From assembly GCA_030749035.1 (NCBI GenBank), contig JASMKV010000301.1:4523-68522 (forward strand): a stretch of 64,000 nucleotides of DNA. Direction: 5' to 3'. Positions within the stretch are counted from its first letter, which is position 1, and each line of letters begins with the position of its first letter. The notes beneath the pieces are model-generated. The model had not been told where the DNA came from. It saw only the letters and a list, made by a program, of their open reading frames with translations, and ran no database searches. Below, piece by piece: positions 42,353 through 52,400 of this stretch. The stretch comes from Myxococcota bacterium. GTDB taxonomy: Bacteria; Myxococcota; XYA12-FULL-58-9; JASMKV01. Position numbers and translations under genes: made by a program.

Positions 42353-44050
42353 ATGTTTTTGAACAAAACCACGTGGCCCGTTTTTTTGATCGCACTTTTT
42401 TTGGTCTCACCAACCTGGGCGCAGGATGAGGTTGCCAGCACCGATGAAAGTGCTGCTGCAGAAGATGTCAACGAAACCGTCAATGCCGACGCAACGGTGA
42501 ACGAAACGCAAGAGACCTCCGAAACGACTGAAGGAGCTCAAGCTGCAGAAGGTGAAGAGGCTGCGGAAGCTGCAGAAGCTGCAGAAGGCGCAGAAGGCGC
42601 AGCAACAGAGGAAGAGATCGAAGCACAGGCAGAAGAGATGAATAAATTTCACAAAGGTGACTTAGGCTTAGCTGGAAGCCCTGAGCTGGAAAACCCCAAT
42701 AACTCTATTTTCATCGGTATGGGTTATTACAATATTGGTGGTCTTCTTGATGGTAAGCACTACGCAGAGGTAACCCCCAGCCTTAATTTTCATTTTCCTT
42801 TTACCGAATCGAAGAAATTAACACTCAGGGCCGAAATACCACTGCGCATCCTTGCCCTCAATCGCACCAGTGATGGCGAAGCACCCGGATCGATACGCGC
42901 AGAAGATTATGATGAAACTGGCGATTATCTTAAAGTCATCAAGCAAATACGACTGGGCAGAAAAGAAGACAAACTCTTTGTGAATGTGGGACGACTCAAT
43001 GGTGTGACTGTCGGACACGGTACTGTGATGCGCCGCTACAACGCAAATTTGGATCCAGATCGCACACGTGTTGGTTTTCAGCTTGATGCGTATAACGACT
43101 ATGGTGGATTTGAAACATTTATGGCCGACCTTGCGCTGCAGTCGCGTGTGATTGGTGCCTTAGGTTTTATCAAACCCATGGCCCTGTTTTCAGACAATCC
43201 AATCGCGCGCTCCCTCTCTTTAGGCCTCCATTATACAGCTGATTTAAATGCACCAAAGACCCTCACCACAGCTGAAAACTCTCTAAGTGTCGCGACGGAT
43301 GATTACGGTTATCCACTCTTTAGTGAAACTCAAGTTGGCATTATTGGTGCGGACTTTGAAGTCAAACCCATACGTCTGGGGAATGCTTTTGACCTCAAAG
43401 TTTATGGTGATTTAAGCCTCATCGCGAATGCCGGTAACGGAATGACCGGTGGTCTTCTCATGCGCTCCAATTTAGGCTCTCTACCTTATCTGCATGCTTT
43501 TCGGGTCCGCATGGAGGGAAGAACTTATTCCAACAACTATCTCCCTCAGTATTTTGATGGCCTCTATGAAATCCAAAAATTTAGTTTTGATCGTGGCTCA
43601 CAAAGTGGTGGTCAAAAAACAAAATACGAGACGGTTGTCGAAGCTGAAAATACTGGGCGCCATTTTAGTCTCTACAGTGAAGCGTTTTACGCACTCGTGG
43701 ACCGACTGGTTGTTGGAGGCGGCATTGAAAGCTTACTCGATGAAGGGCTCTATAACCTCATGCTGCATCTTGAAGTGCCCGCATCAAGCGTCATACAACT
43801 CTATTTCACCTATTATAAAAACTTCTACAGTGACTTAGCAAAATCATTTGCCCGCGCAGAAGGCGAAAGCTTTAGCTTTGAGTCAGATACGGTGCTCTAC
43901 GCAAACATGCGCGTCATGGTGCTGCCTATTCTCTTCATGAATGCGGGCTTAAAACAAACCTATCAATGGGACGAAAATTATGGCGCTTCGGGTGGGTATA
44001 ACCCCACCATGGATTTTGTCATCAACGCCCAACTTGGACTTGAGTTCTAA
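42353..44050 (+). CDS. Putative outer-membrane β-barrel protein with a signal peptide and an N-terminal acidic Ala/Glu low-complexity repeat
   Basis: The signal peptide reads MFLNKTTWPVFLIALFLVSPTWAQD. An (AEGAE/EAAEAAE) acidic tract follows. The body has alternating-hydrophobic β-strands, and the C-terminus …NAQLGLEF ends in Phe. Confidence 0.5.
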   Translation: MFLNKTTWPVFLIALFLVSPTWAQDEVASTDESAAAEDVNETVNADATVNETQETSETTEGAQAAEGEEAAEAAEAAEGAEGAATEEEIEAQAEEMNKFHKGDLGLAGSPELENPNNSIFIGMGYYNIGGLLDGKHYAEVTPSLNFHFPFTESKKLTLRAEIPLRILALNRTSDGEAPGSIRAEDYDETGDYLKVIKQIRLGRKEDKLFVNVGRLNGVTVGHGTVMRRYNANLDPDRTRVGFQLDAYNDYGGFETFMADLALQSRVIGALGFIKPMALFSDNPIARSLSLGLHYTADLNAPKTLTTAENSLSVATDDYGYPLFSETQVGIIGADFEVKPIRLGNAFDLKVYGDLSLIANAGNGMTGGLLMRSNLGSLPYLHAFRVRMEGRTYSNNYLPQYFDGLYEIQKFSFDRGSQSGGQKTKYETVVEAENTGRHFSLYSEAFYALVDRLVVGGGIESLLDEGLYNLMLHLEVPASSVIQLYFTYYKNFYSDLAKSFARAEGESFSFESDTVLYANMRVMVLPILFMNAGLKQTYQWDENYGASGGYNPTMDFVINAQLGLEF

Positions 44051-44136
44051 GCGTTTTTTATCTGGAAGCTTTGTCATGCCTTATAAAACAGCGCGGCAGT
44101 CCGTAAAACGCTCGGCGTATTTATCTGGATGACTTT

Positions 44137-45876
44137 TTAGATTAAATGCTTGCTTACCGCAAGAATGTTGCCACAGAGGTGACAAATAAATGGTGGCCAA
44201 ATACTTTTGTATCTTAAGTTCAAGAAGGCTAAAGGCAGACCGGACAAAATGATCACCATCGAAACCCAATAATACTGACTCCAAAAAGGACTCGCCGCAA
44301 ATGGCCAATAACTTAAGTGATAAAATCCCCAGAGAATAGAGCTAAAAAGAATAATCGGAATTGATTTATTGATTTGGGTCTGGAGCAATCGAGTCAGAAA
44401 AACTCGAAAGAAAAATTCATCCACCAATACCCCCAAAGGCATCAACCAAACGCTCGCATCAAAAACCTCAAATAAACCATGCTGAGGCCACATCAAACCT
44501 GCCCCAGACCCAATAAGGGCCGCCAAAAAACATCCAATAAAAGAAAAGCGCCACCCCACCCCCTTTAAAATACTTGAGAGGCCTGCGTCTTCCAATAAAT
44601 ATAGGCCAATAAGGCCCGCAACTAAAAGTATACCTCGACGCAAAGAACAAAAAGGAATATTGAAAAGATAAAGGTATTCACCTTGAGCATAACGTGGACC
44701 CAAGAAAATTAAACTTCCTACGGCCACAAAGACCATGCTCCAAACCAACGCCAGCCGCCCCAGATGAAATGACTCTCCAACTTCAACATCCGGTTCTTGC
44801 TTTTCTTCAATCGTTTCTTTTTCAGCTTTGTCGGCCTGTGCGCTCGCTTTAGAAATTTCGCTGTCAAATTGCTTTTCTTCTTCGGTTTCAGGATGCATTG
44901 CGGCTTCAAGTGAAGCGGATATAGGCAAAGTCGATGGTTCATCGACCAATGTCACTAATCCTTGGCGAATCAATAAATAAAAGGTTTGCAGCACCTGATC
45001 ATAAACATGCGCCATGCCCAAATCAAATTCACTTAAGATCTGACCAGAGCGCATCCCCGATGACATCAACGCAAGGATGTCAATTTCTATACCATTGAGC
45101 TGTTCTACGACCGCTTCAAGCTCAGGTTCAATGCGATAATACTTTTTATTCACAATTAACCGTGCTCTTAAATGCTCGAAGAGCTGATCTTCATTTGCCC
45201 GCTGCCAAATTGCCCCTGCCCGCATCACATCGAGAAATGTTCCATCAATCACAGGGCTCACTTTATTTGGGCGGTCATCCTCGAAAAATGTAATCTTCCC
45301 TTGAGCCCATGAAAAAGCCTCGGCAACCCGATCGAGCGACTGTTGGCGCAAGGCTTTAATAAGCTCATGTGTCTTCATGACGCCTTCGCGCAAGATCACC
45401 CAGCCTAAAAAGAGTTTTTCATCACGCGCCATTTTCTGTAACGCGTGAACACGTTGCTCTTCGATGTAACCCTCACGAACAAGAAACCGCGTGAGCAGTT
45501 CCTCGGGGATATTCGAATTGGCTGTATGCGGAACACCGTGTGCAATCGCAACCACTTTTGTTTTTGTGCCATGCTTCAGCACTAAAAAACCGCTGGCACT
45601 TTCCATATAAAGACGCAAGAGGACTTCTTCAATAGACGACTCCTCTAATGTCGCCGCTAAATAGGCCTTCTGCCGTTCAAGAATATCTGTTTTGGCATTG
45701 AGCGCTAAAGAGCGACTCATGCGAATCAATTGCAAAACAGCGGCGCCACGAACATGCTCAGATAAATCCGCTGGCTTTAAGGTTCCTTTTTGTAGGCCAT
45801 CTAAAAGTGCAAAATCATTCAGCTCATCGAGATAAGCCAACGGATTTTCTTCATCCGGATTATAATTTATCGGCAT
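44137..45876 (-). CDS. Fusion protein: a ~330-aa N-terminal soluble domain of unknown function, an acidic linker, and a C-terminal CPBP-family (CAAX protease / Abi) intramembrane metalloprotease domain
   Basis: The C-terminal TM region carries the CPBP motifs EE-like …VDEFFFRVFL…, …WGFYHLSYWP… and …FICHLCGNI… The N-terminal 330 aa have no hits by eye. Confidence 0.55.
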   Translation of the reverse strand: MPINYNPDEENPLAYLDELNDFALLDGLQKGTLKPADLSEHVRGAAVLQLIRMSRSLALNAKTDILERQKAYLAATLEESSIEEVLLRLYMESASGFLVLKHGTKTKVVAIAHGVPHTANSNIPEELLTRFLVREGYIEEQRVHALQKMARDEKLFLGWVILREGVMKTHELIKALRQQSLDRVAEAFSWAQGKITFFEDDRPNKVSPVIDGTFLDVMRAGAIWQRANEDQLFEHLRARLIVNKKYYRIEPELEAVVEQLNGIEIDILALMSSGMRSGQILSEFDLGMAHVYDQVLQTFYLLIRQGLVTLVDEPSTLPISASLEAAMHPETEEEKQFDSEISKASAQADKAEKETIEEKQEPDVEVGESFHLGRLALVWSMVFVAVGSLIFLGPRYAQGEYLYLFNIPFCSLRRGILLVAGLIGLYLLEDAGLSSILKGVGWRFSFIGCFLAALIGSGAGLMWPQHGLFEVFDASVWLMPLGVLVDEFFFRVFLTRLLQTQINKSIPIILFSSILWGFYHLSYWPFAASPFWSQYYWVSMVIILSGLPLAFLNLRYKSIWPPFICHLCGNILAVSKHLI

Positions 45877-46015
45877 GGTATCCTATGCTTATGCCAAAAC
45901 CCCGCTACAAACAATGTTTTGACCTCGATAAAATCCGATAACTACCTGAAATACATGTGGAACTGGCTTGAAAAAGAGCTTTTAACCTGGACCTGGTACG
46001 CGTTACACTAGAACC

Positions 46016-46720
46016 ATGAGTACACGCATAGAAAGTGGCATCTCCACCCAGCTCAACCCCAACACCACAAACTTGAGTTCCGCTGGACAAAATCAGCAAA
46101 TACAAAGTGTGGGTCAACAAGTCCAACAGGTCCTTTTTGGCAAACCCAAACCCGTTATTCTCGATCCAGCAAAATTCCCACAAGTTGCAGAGCAATTAAA
46201 ACTTTTGCGGAAATATAAAAAAAAGATAGCCAATATGGCAGACGATGATGAGCATGATTATGAGCTGGCCTTAACCCAAAGCGCTATTGCCATGATTGAT
46301 GCGCAGGGAACCATCTATATGGGCGTCGAGTTTTTAATGGCCAATAAAGAAAACCCCGAAATTATTCTTGGAGCCCTTGCGCATGAAATAGGCCATCAAC
46401 CCAAACGCTGGAAAGAATACCAACAACAACACCTGCTCACAAAAGAAGAGATGCAACTCATCTGCCGCCACGAAGAAACACGTGCGGATCTTTTTGCCGG
46501 CTCCGCCTTGGCTGAACTCGGCTTATCTTGCGAGCCCATGATTCAATTCTTAAAAGATATAGAGGAAGGACCCCATCCCGAATACTTTCCTGCACAGACA
46601 CGGGGTGAAGTGATTCGCGAAGCACATCAAAGTCGAAATTATCGAGCAAAAAATCGCCGTAAAATATTTCCAAACTTTGATCGAATGACTTCCGTCAAAG
46701 GGCATCTTGGCGAGTTCTAG
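46016..46720 (+). CDS. Small HExxH protein resembling the ImmA/IrrE (DUF955, M78-like) metallopeptidase fold, with a Gln/Ser/Thr-rich N-terminus
   Basis: …ILGALAHEIGHQ… (HExxH) is followed ~30 aa later by …EETRADLFAGSAL… (the E…A[ND]xFA..LL pattern of DUF955). There is no signal peptide. Confidence 0.45.
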   Translation: MSTRIESGISTQLNPNTTNLSSAGQNQQIQSVGQQVQQVLFGKPKPVILDPAKFPQVAEQLKLLRKYKKKIANMADDDEHDYELALTQSAIAMIDAQGTIYMGVEFLMANKENPEIILGALAHEIGHQPKRWKEYQQQHLLTKEEMQLICRHEETRADLFAGSALAELGLSCEPMIQFLKDIEEGPHPEYFPAQTRGEVIREAHQSRNYRAKNRRKIFPNFDRMTSVKGHLGEF

Positions 46721-47687
46721 ATAGGCTGTTCGTCCATAGCTTTTCAATCACAATGGCGAATAATATCACAAAAACGTAGGTCATGACGCCCAATGTATCA
46801 TGCGCAATATTCCAATAATCGATATTGCTGGAAAACCAGTAGGCGCAATAACAACTCAATATGATGCGTAAGGTGTTACCAATAAACCCACCCAGGAAAA
46901 CCAAGATCAAAAATCGAAGGCTTCTGTCTATTCGCCTCGCATATAACACCAACGACAGCACAAGGGACAAAGTTTGTAGGGCCACAAATGTCTGCACACC
47001 CGCACAAGCCGATGTCACAGTGAGTCTGAACCCCTCACCTTCAATGGTCTGCAGGGCCTCTGGACGAATCAGCGTGTTGAGCCCTGCTTTGCTGACCACA
47101 AATTCTGAGAGATAGGCGGTCACTTCGCATAACTTTAAATCAACCAACGGCCCCAAAATATAATCCCAAGGGCAGACGAAGAAGCCCAAGAGAGAGGGCA
47201 CCAGCCAAAAAGAGAGTTCAAAACACCAAAACAAAGCGCGCACTAAAAAAGCAAACGACAATGCCCACAACACTGGATGCACAAACATTGCCCCCAAAGC
47301 AAAGAGCCCGCTTAAGCCCAGCCAAAACCAATAGTTGGAGTTCAAATCAGGCTTTTTTTCGCTATCTCGCTGAGCATCAATAAAAAAGAGCAGCCCCGCC
47401 AAAAGTGCGCAAAGGGAGCGTAAAACCGCCTGCGACTCAATCCAATAAAGGCGCTCCAAATAAAAGAAGAAAGGTATGTGCAGCCCAACCCCTAAAACGA
47501 GCCCCAATGCTTTCTGCTTATCTATTACTTTCAACAGCTTAACACCCAAAGAGCAGCCTAATCTTTCGCCACTAAAAGCACAATCTCTTCTTGACACAAA
47601 GACAATCCAAGAGGCATATGTGCACGTATTGACAGGAGAAAATGATGAGCGCTGCACAAAATATCCCTTTAGCACAACAGGAATCAA
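46695..47687 (-). CDS. Exosortase/archaeosortase-family polytopic membrane protein (putative transpeptidase)
   Basis: About 8 TM helices. A Cys-containing motif …[13 protein letters not shown]… (compare exosortase ACSG) is followed by an Arg and a …GNTLRI… (Asn-x-x-Arg) motif, consistent with the exosortase catalytic residues. Confidence 0.5.
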   Translation of the reverse strand: MIPVVLKGYFVQRSSFSPVNTCTYASWIVFVSRRDCAFSGERLGCSLGVKLLKVIDKQKALGLVLGVGLHIPFFFYLERLYWIESQAVLRSLCALLAGLLFFIDAQRDSEKKPDLNSNYWFWLGLSGLFALGAMFVHPVLWALSFAFLVRALFWCFELSFWLVPSLLGFFVCPWDYILGPLVDLKLCEVTAYLSEFVVSKAGLNTLIRPEALQTIEGEGFRLTVTSACAGVQTFVALQTLSLVLSLVLYARRIDRSLRFLILVFLGGFIGNTLRIILSCYCAYWFSSNIDYWNIAHDTLGVMTYVFVILFAIVIEKLWTNSLSRTRQDAL

Positions 47688-47689
47688 CC

Positions 47690-49120
47690 ATGCATACGGA
47701 CTTTAAAGTTAAAGATCTTAGCTTGGCCGAATGGGGCCGAAAAGAAATCAAATTGGCCGAAATCGAAATGCCCGGCCTGATGGCACTTCGACAGGAATAT
47801 ACGGCAGAAAAACCTCTAAGTGGTGCACGTATTACCGGCTCATTACATATGACCATTCAGACTGCCGTTCTTATCGAAACCCTTGTCGAACTCGGCGCCA
47901 AGGTTCGCTGGGCCTCTTGTAATATTTTTAGCACCCAGGACCATGCTGCTGCTGCGGTTGCCGTTGGACCGAACGGTACTGTAGAAGCACCCAATGGTGT
48001 TCCTGTTTTTGCCTGGAAAGGTGAAACCCTGGATGAATATTGGTGGTGCACTGAGCAAGCGCTGACTTGGCCAGGTGAACTTCCGAATATGATACTCGAC
48101 GATGGTGGCGATGCAACCATGATGGTCATTGAAGGCGCCAAATTCGAGCAGGCCGGCGCTGTTCCAACACCTAAAGACAATGATCCTGACGATTGGATCT
48201 CGCTCTTAAGTGCGCTGCAAAATGCTTTTAATCAAAATCCAAACACATGGCGCCCAATGCTCAAATCGATTAAAGGCGTGACCGAAGAAACGACAACTGG
48301 CGTGCATCGCCTCTACGAAATGGCCAAAGAAGGCAGCCTGCCCTTCCCTGCCATCAACGTGAATGATTCGGTGACCAAAAGTAAATTTGACAATATTTAC
48401 GGCTGTCGCCACTCTTTGGTCGACGGTATTATGCGTGCAACAGATGTCATGCTTTCAGGCAAAACCGCACTCGTATGTGGCTATGGTGATGTCGGTAAGG
48501 GTTGTGCGCAATCTTTACGCGCCCAAGGTGCCAGAGTCGCGATCACTGAAATTGACCCGATTTGCGCGCTACAGGCCTGTATGGAGGGCTATGAGGTCGT
48601 CCAACTCGAAGATGTTCTGGCCACCACAGACATTTTCATCACGGCAACAGGAAATTACAATGTCATTAGCGCCGAACAAATGGCCAAAATGAAAAATAAC
48701 GCCATTGTTGGGAATATTGGCCATTTTGACAATGAAATTGATATGGCAGGCTTAAGTAAACTTGCAGGCATCAAGTGCGAAAACATCAAGCCTCAAGTCG
48801 ATCGCTGGGAATTCAGCGATGGGCATAGCGTGATTGTGTTGGCCGAAGGGCGCCTGCTTAATCTGGGCTGCGCCACAGGGCATCCGAGCTTTGTCATGTC
48901 CAACAGCTTTAGCAATCAAGTGATTGCACAAATAGAGCTCTTCAAACATACCGACAAATATGAGGGTGTGCAGGTTCTACCCAAGCATTTGGATGAAAAA
49001 GTGGCGCGATTACACCTGGATAAACTCAACGCAAAGCTCACCATCCTCAGTGATGAACAAGCCAACTACATTGGTATCCCTAAGAATGGACCCTATAAGC
49101 CCAATCACTATCGATACTAG
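47690..49120 (+). CDS. ahcY: Adenosylhomocysteinase. The ORF is open from 47642, but the start at MHTDFKVKD is preferred
   Basis: …[17 protein letters not shown]… is a conserved N-terminus. The NAD-binding motif is GYGDVGKG, and …GHFDNEID… is present. Confidence 0.95.
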   Translation: MHTDFKVKDLSLAEWGRKEIKLAEIEMPGLMALRQEYTAEKPLSGARITGSLHMTIQTAVLIETLVELGAKVRWASCNIFSTQDHAAAAVAVGPNGTVEAPNGVPVFAWKGETLDEYWWCTEQALTWPGELPNMILDDGGDATMMVIEGAKFEQAGAVPTPKDNDPDDWISLLSALQNAFNQNPNTWRPMLKSIKGVTEETTTGVHRLYEMAKEGSLPFPAINVNDSVTKSKFDNIYGCRHSLVDGIMRATDVMLSGKTALVCGYGDVGKGCAQSLRAQGARVAITEIDPICALQACMEGYEVVQLEDVLATTDIFITATGNYNVISAEQMAKMKNNAIVGNIGHFDNEIDMAGLSKLAGIKCENIKPQVDRWEFSDGHSVIVLAEGRLLNLGCATGHPSFVMSNSFSNQVIAQIELFKHTDKYEGVQVLPKHLDEKVARLHLDKLNAKLTILSDEQANYIGIPKNGPYKPNHYRY

Positions 49121-49125
49121 GCTTG

Positions 49126-49281
49126 ATGGCAACCTATAAGGTCATCTTAAAGAAGCTTAGCGATGGCACTTTTGATGCGCGTTACAATGCCACCATTGTG
49201 GGTATGGCAGAATCCACCGGCAACTCAGAAACCGCAGCCCTCGATCTGCTCCCTAAGGAGATACGCTATCGCATTGAGTGA
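49126..49281 (+). CDS. Unannotated 51-aa ORF resembling the UPF0150 / HicB-like antitoxin N-terminal fold
   Basis: Manual translation gives MATYKVILKKLSDGTFDARYNATIVGMAESTGNSETAAALDLLPKEIRYRIE*. It matches the M-x-YKV-x-L…DG-x-[FY]-x-A…G…G-x-T-x-E-x-A…L pattern of small HicB/UPF0150 proteins. It is below the 60-aa ORF cutoff. Confidence 0.4.
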   Translation: MATYKVILKKLSDGTFDARYNATIVGMAESTGNSETAALDLLPKEIRYRIE

Positions 49282-49490
49282 TGTCCCTGCTCTGGGGTTG
49301 CTGAGGACGATATCAATTTAGATGTGAAGCGCATCAACGATCGCTCCTTAAATCACTTAAAAGCCTATAAATAGGGGCTGAGAGCCTTAAGGAAACTGTC
49401 AAGTACATCAAAAAAATAATTCGACCTTTTTTAATCTATGTGTGCTATTTTAGACTTGCTCGAATTTTCGAGTGGCGTTAGTGGGTTTTT

Positions 49491-52400
49491 ATGGCGAGCA
49501 CCTCAGGCTTTACACATCTGCATTTGCACTCACAATACTCCTTACTCGATGGCGCCATTCGTCTCGACGATTTGATCCCTGCCGTTAAGGAAAAAGGCAT
49601 GGATTCGGTCGCCGTGACCGATCATGGCAACATGTATGGCGCGGTTGATTTTTACAATACGGCCAAGAAACACGACATCAAACCAATCTTTGGCTGTGAG
49701 GCCTATATCACCGGCGACAAACCCTGCTCTGATCGATCCAGCCGTGAGTCGTATCATCTTATTCTCTTGGCCAAAGACAACGAGGGCTATAAGAATTTAA
49801 GTTACTTGGTGTCCATGGGCTTCTTAGAAGGCTTTTACTACAAGCCCCGCATCGACAAAGAACTCTTGCGCAAACACTCAAAAGGCTTGTACGGCCTCTC
49901 AGCTTGCCTCGGCGGCGTCATCAACAAAGCTTGGATGCGCGAAGGCGAAGAAAAAGCAAGTGCCATTGCCAAAGAATACCAAGACATTTTCGAGCCGGAT
50001 CATTTCTTTTTGGAAGTTCAGGATAATGGTTACGAGGAGCAAGTCAAAGCCAATCAGTTCTTGATGAACCTTTCTGAGCTCTACGATATCCCCCTGTGTG
50101 CCACTGCCGACTCGCATTACCTCACCCCCGATGAATCGGCCGCACACGAAGTCTTGATGTGCATCCAACAGAACAGCTCTCTACAGCAGTATCGACAGCG
50201 CATGAAACATTCCGACCAACTCTATGTCAAAACCCCCGAAGAAATGTGGAATTCCTTTGGCAACACGATTCCACAGGCGGTTGAAAACACCACCCGAATC
50301 TCGCAAAATTGCAACGTTGAACTCAACCTCTCGGACACCTACTTACCCAACTATAAAATTCCTAAAGGCTACAGTCTTGAATCTTACCTTGAAAAAGTCA
50401 CCAAAGATGGTCTCAAGGCACGTATCAAACACGCTCAATATGCCATCGATCAGGGTGTCTATAAAGAGCGCATGGAACATGAACTCGGCATTATTCTTAA
50501 GATGGGATTTGCCGGCTATTTTCTCATTGTCTGGGACTTTATCAAACATGCCAAAGAAAGACGCATTCCTGTAGGCCCTGGACGAGGATCCGGTGCGGGC
50601 TCTATCGTGGCCTGGGCGTTAGGCATCACCAACATCGATCCTATCCCCTATGACCTTATTTTCGAACGCTTCCTAAATCCCGAACGCGTCTCCATGCCTG
50701 ATTTCGATATCGACTTTTGCCAGGAACGCAGAGGTGAAGTCATCGACTATGTGACTGAAAAATATGGTTCCAACAATGTCGGTCAAATCGTCACCTACTC
50801 ACAGCTCTCTGCCAAAAGTGTCATCAAAGACGTAGGTCGCGTCATGGAAGTTCCATTTGGGGAAATCAATGAGCTGACCAAGCTTATTCCGGGGCTCGTC
50901 AACGGGCGCAAGGTCACCATCGACCAAGCGCTTGATATCGAACCCAAACTTAAAGAGATCCAAAAAGAAAAACCTATTTACAAGCAAATTATTAAGATTG
51001 CCCGCGACCTCGAAGGCCTTAATCGACAAACCGGTATGCATGCAGCGGGCATTGTTATTTCAGATAAGCCCCTCTGGGATTACGTCCCCGTATGCCGTGG
51101 CAAAGAAGGCGAAAAGGTCACCCAGTTTGCCAAAGATGAAGTTGAAATGGCAGGCTTGGTTAAATTTGATTTTCTCGGGCTCAAAACACTCACGGTTGTC
51201 GCCAAAGCAGAAAACCACATTAAGAAACGCACCGATGAAGGCCCTTTGGGCAACAATAAAGATTTTGATATCGAAGAAGCCCCCATTGATGATCCCGCCA
51301 TTTATAAGCTTATTGCCAGCGGTGACACCGACGGCGTTTTTCAACTCGAATCCAGTGGCTTCAAAGAGTTGCTCAAACGACTTAAGCCTGACTGCTTTGA
51401 AGATATTGTTGCGGCAGTCGCCCTCTATCGTCCTGGGCCATTAGATGCGGGGATGGTTGACGATTATATCAATCGCAAACATGGCCGAACCGAAGTCAAT
51501 TACCCCCATGCGGTTTGCGAGCCCATATTAAAAACAACCTATGGTGTAATTGTTTACCAGGAACAGGTCATGCGCATCGCTGTTGATCTTTGCGGTTTCA
51601 CCATGGGCGAAGCCGATGTTTTACGAAAAGCCATGGGCAAGAAAAAAGCTGACGTCATGGCCAAAATGCGCAAGAAATTTGTCGACGGTGCCCATGATTT
51701 AAACGGCATGAAGAAAAAAGCCGCAGATGAGCTTTTTACGCAAATTGAAAAATTTGCCGGCTATGCTTTTAATAAAAGTCATTCCGCCGCGTATGCGCTC
51801 ATTTCATACCATACGGCCTATCTGAAATATTATTACCAGGTTGAATTTATGGCCGCCCTACTTTCGACTGAAATGCGCGATCAGGATGATATTGTAAAAT
51901 ATATTCAAAGCTCCAGAGAACGCGGCATTGATGTATTGCCCCCAGATGTCAATCGATCCGAGCGCGATTTTACGGTCGTGCATGAAAATGATGAACATCG
52001 TATTCTCTTTGGCTTAGGCGCGGTTAAAGGCGTCGGCGATGCCGCCATTGAATCGATTCTTTCATCCCGAGATAAAGATGGCGCCTTTACTTCAATCTAC
52101 AATTTGTGTGAGCGTGTTGAAACCAAACGCTGCAATAAAAAAGTGTTGGATGCGTTAATCCGCTCTGGCGGACTTGATGATTTTAATCGACCACGTGCAC
52201 AACTGATCAACACCATTGAAAAAGCGCTCGAGGCAGCACAAAGTGCCCAAAAAGACCGCGCTTCAGGGCAAACTAATATTTTTGCAATGATGGCCCCCGC
52301 AGACGATGCGCCTAAAAATGCCGCAGGCATCGCCGAGAATTATCCCAACATTGAAGAGTGGCATGAAAAAGAAAAGCTCGCGAGCGAAAAACAAGCTTTG

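Noticed and set aside
45877-46015. A candidate sigma-54 promoter, ctggcttgaaaaagagc, in the divergent spacer
   Set aside because: The GG–GC spacing is 11 rather than 10, and the −12 region is not TTGC. Only a genome-wide scan could rescue it.
44137-47687. Calling a complete exosortase/PEP-CTERM or myxosortase/MYXO-CTERM sorting system
   Set aside because: No protein in the window ends with a recognisable PEP/Cys-containing tripartite sorting signal (motif, then TM helix, then basic tail). Only the putative processing enzymes are present.
49282-49490. A HicA-like toxin partner downstream of the small HicB-like ORF
   Set aside because: All three forward frames terminate within 8–15 codons, and no reverse-strand ORF with a HicA-like G-S-H motif is present.
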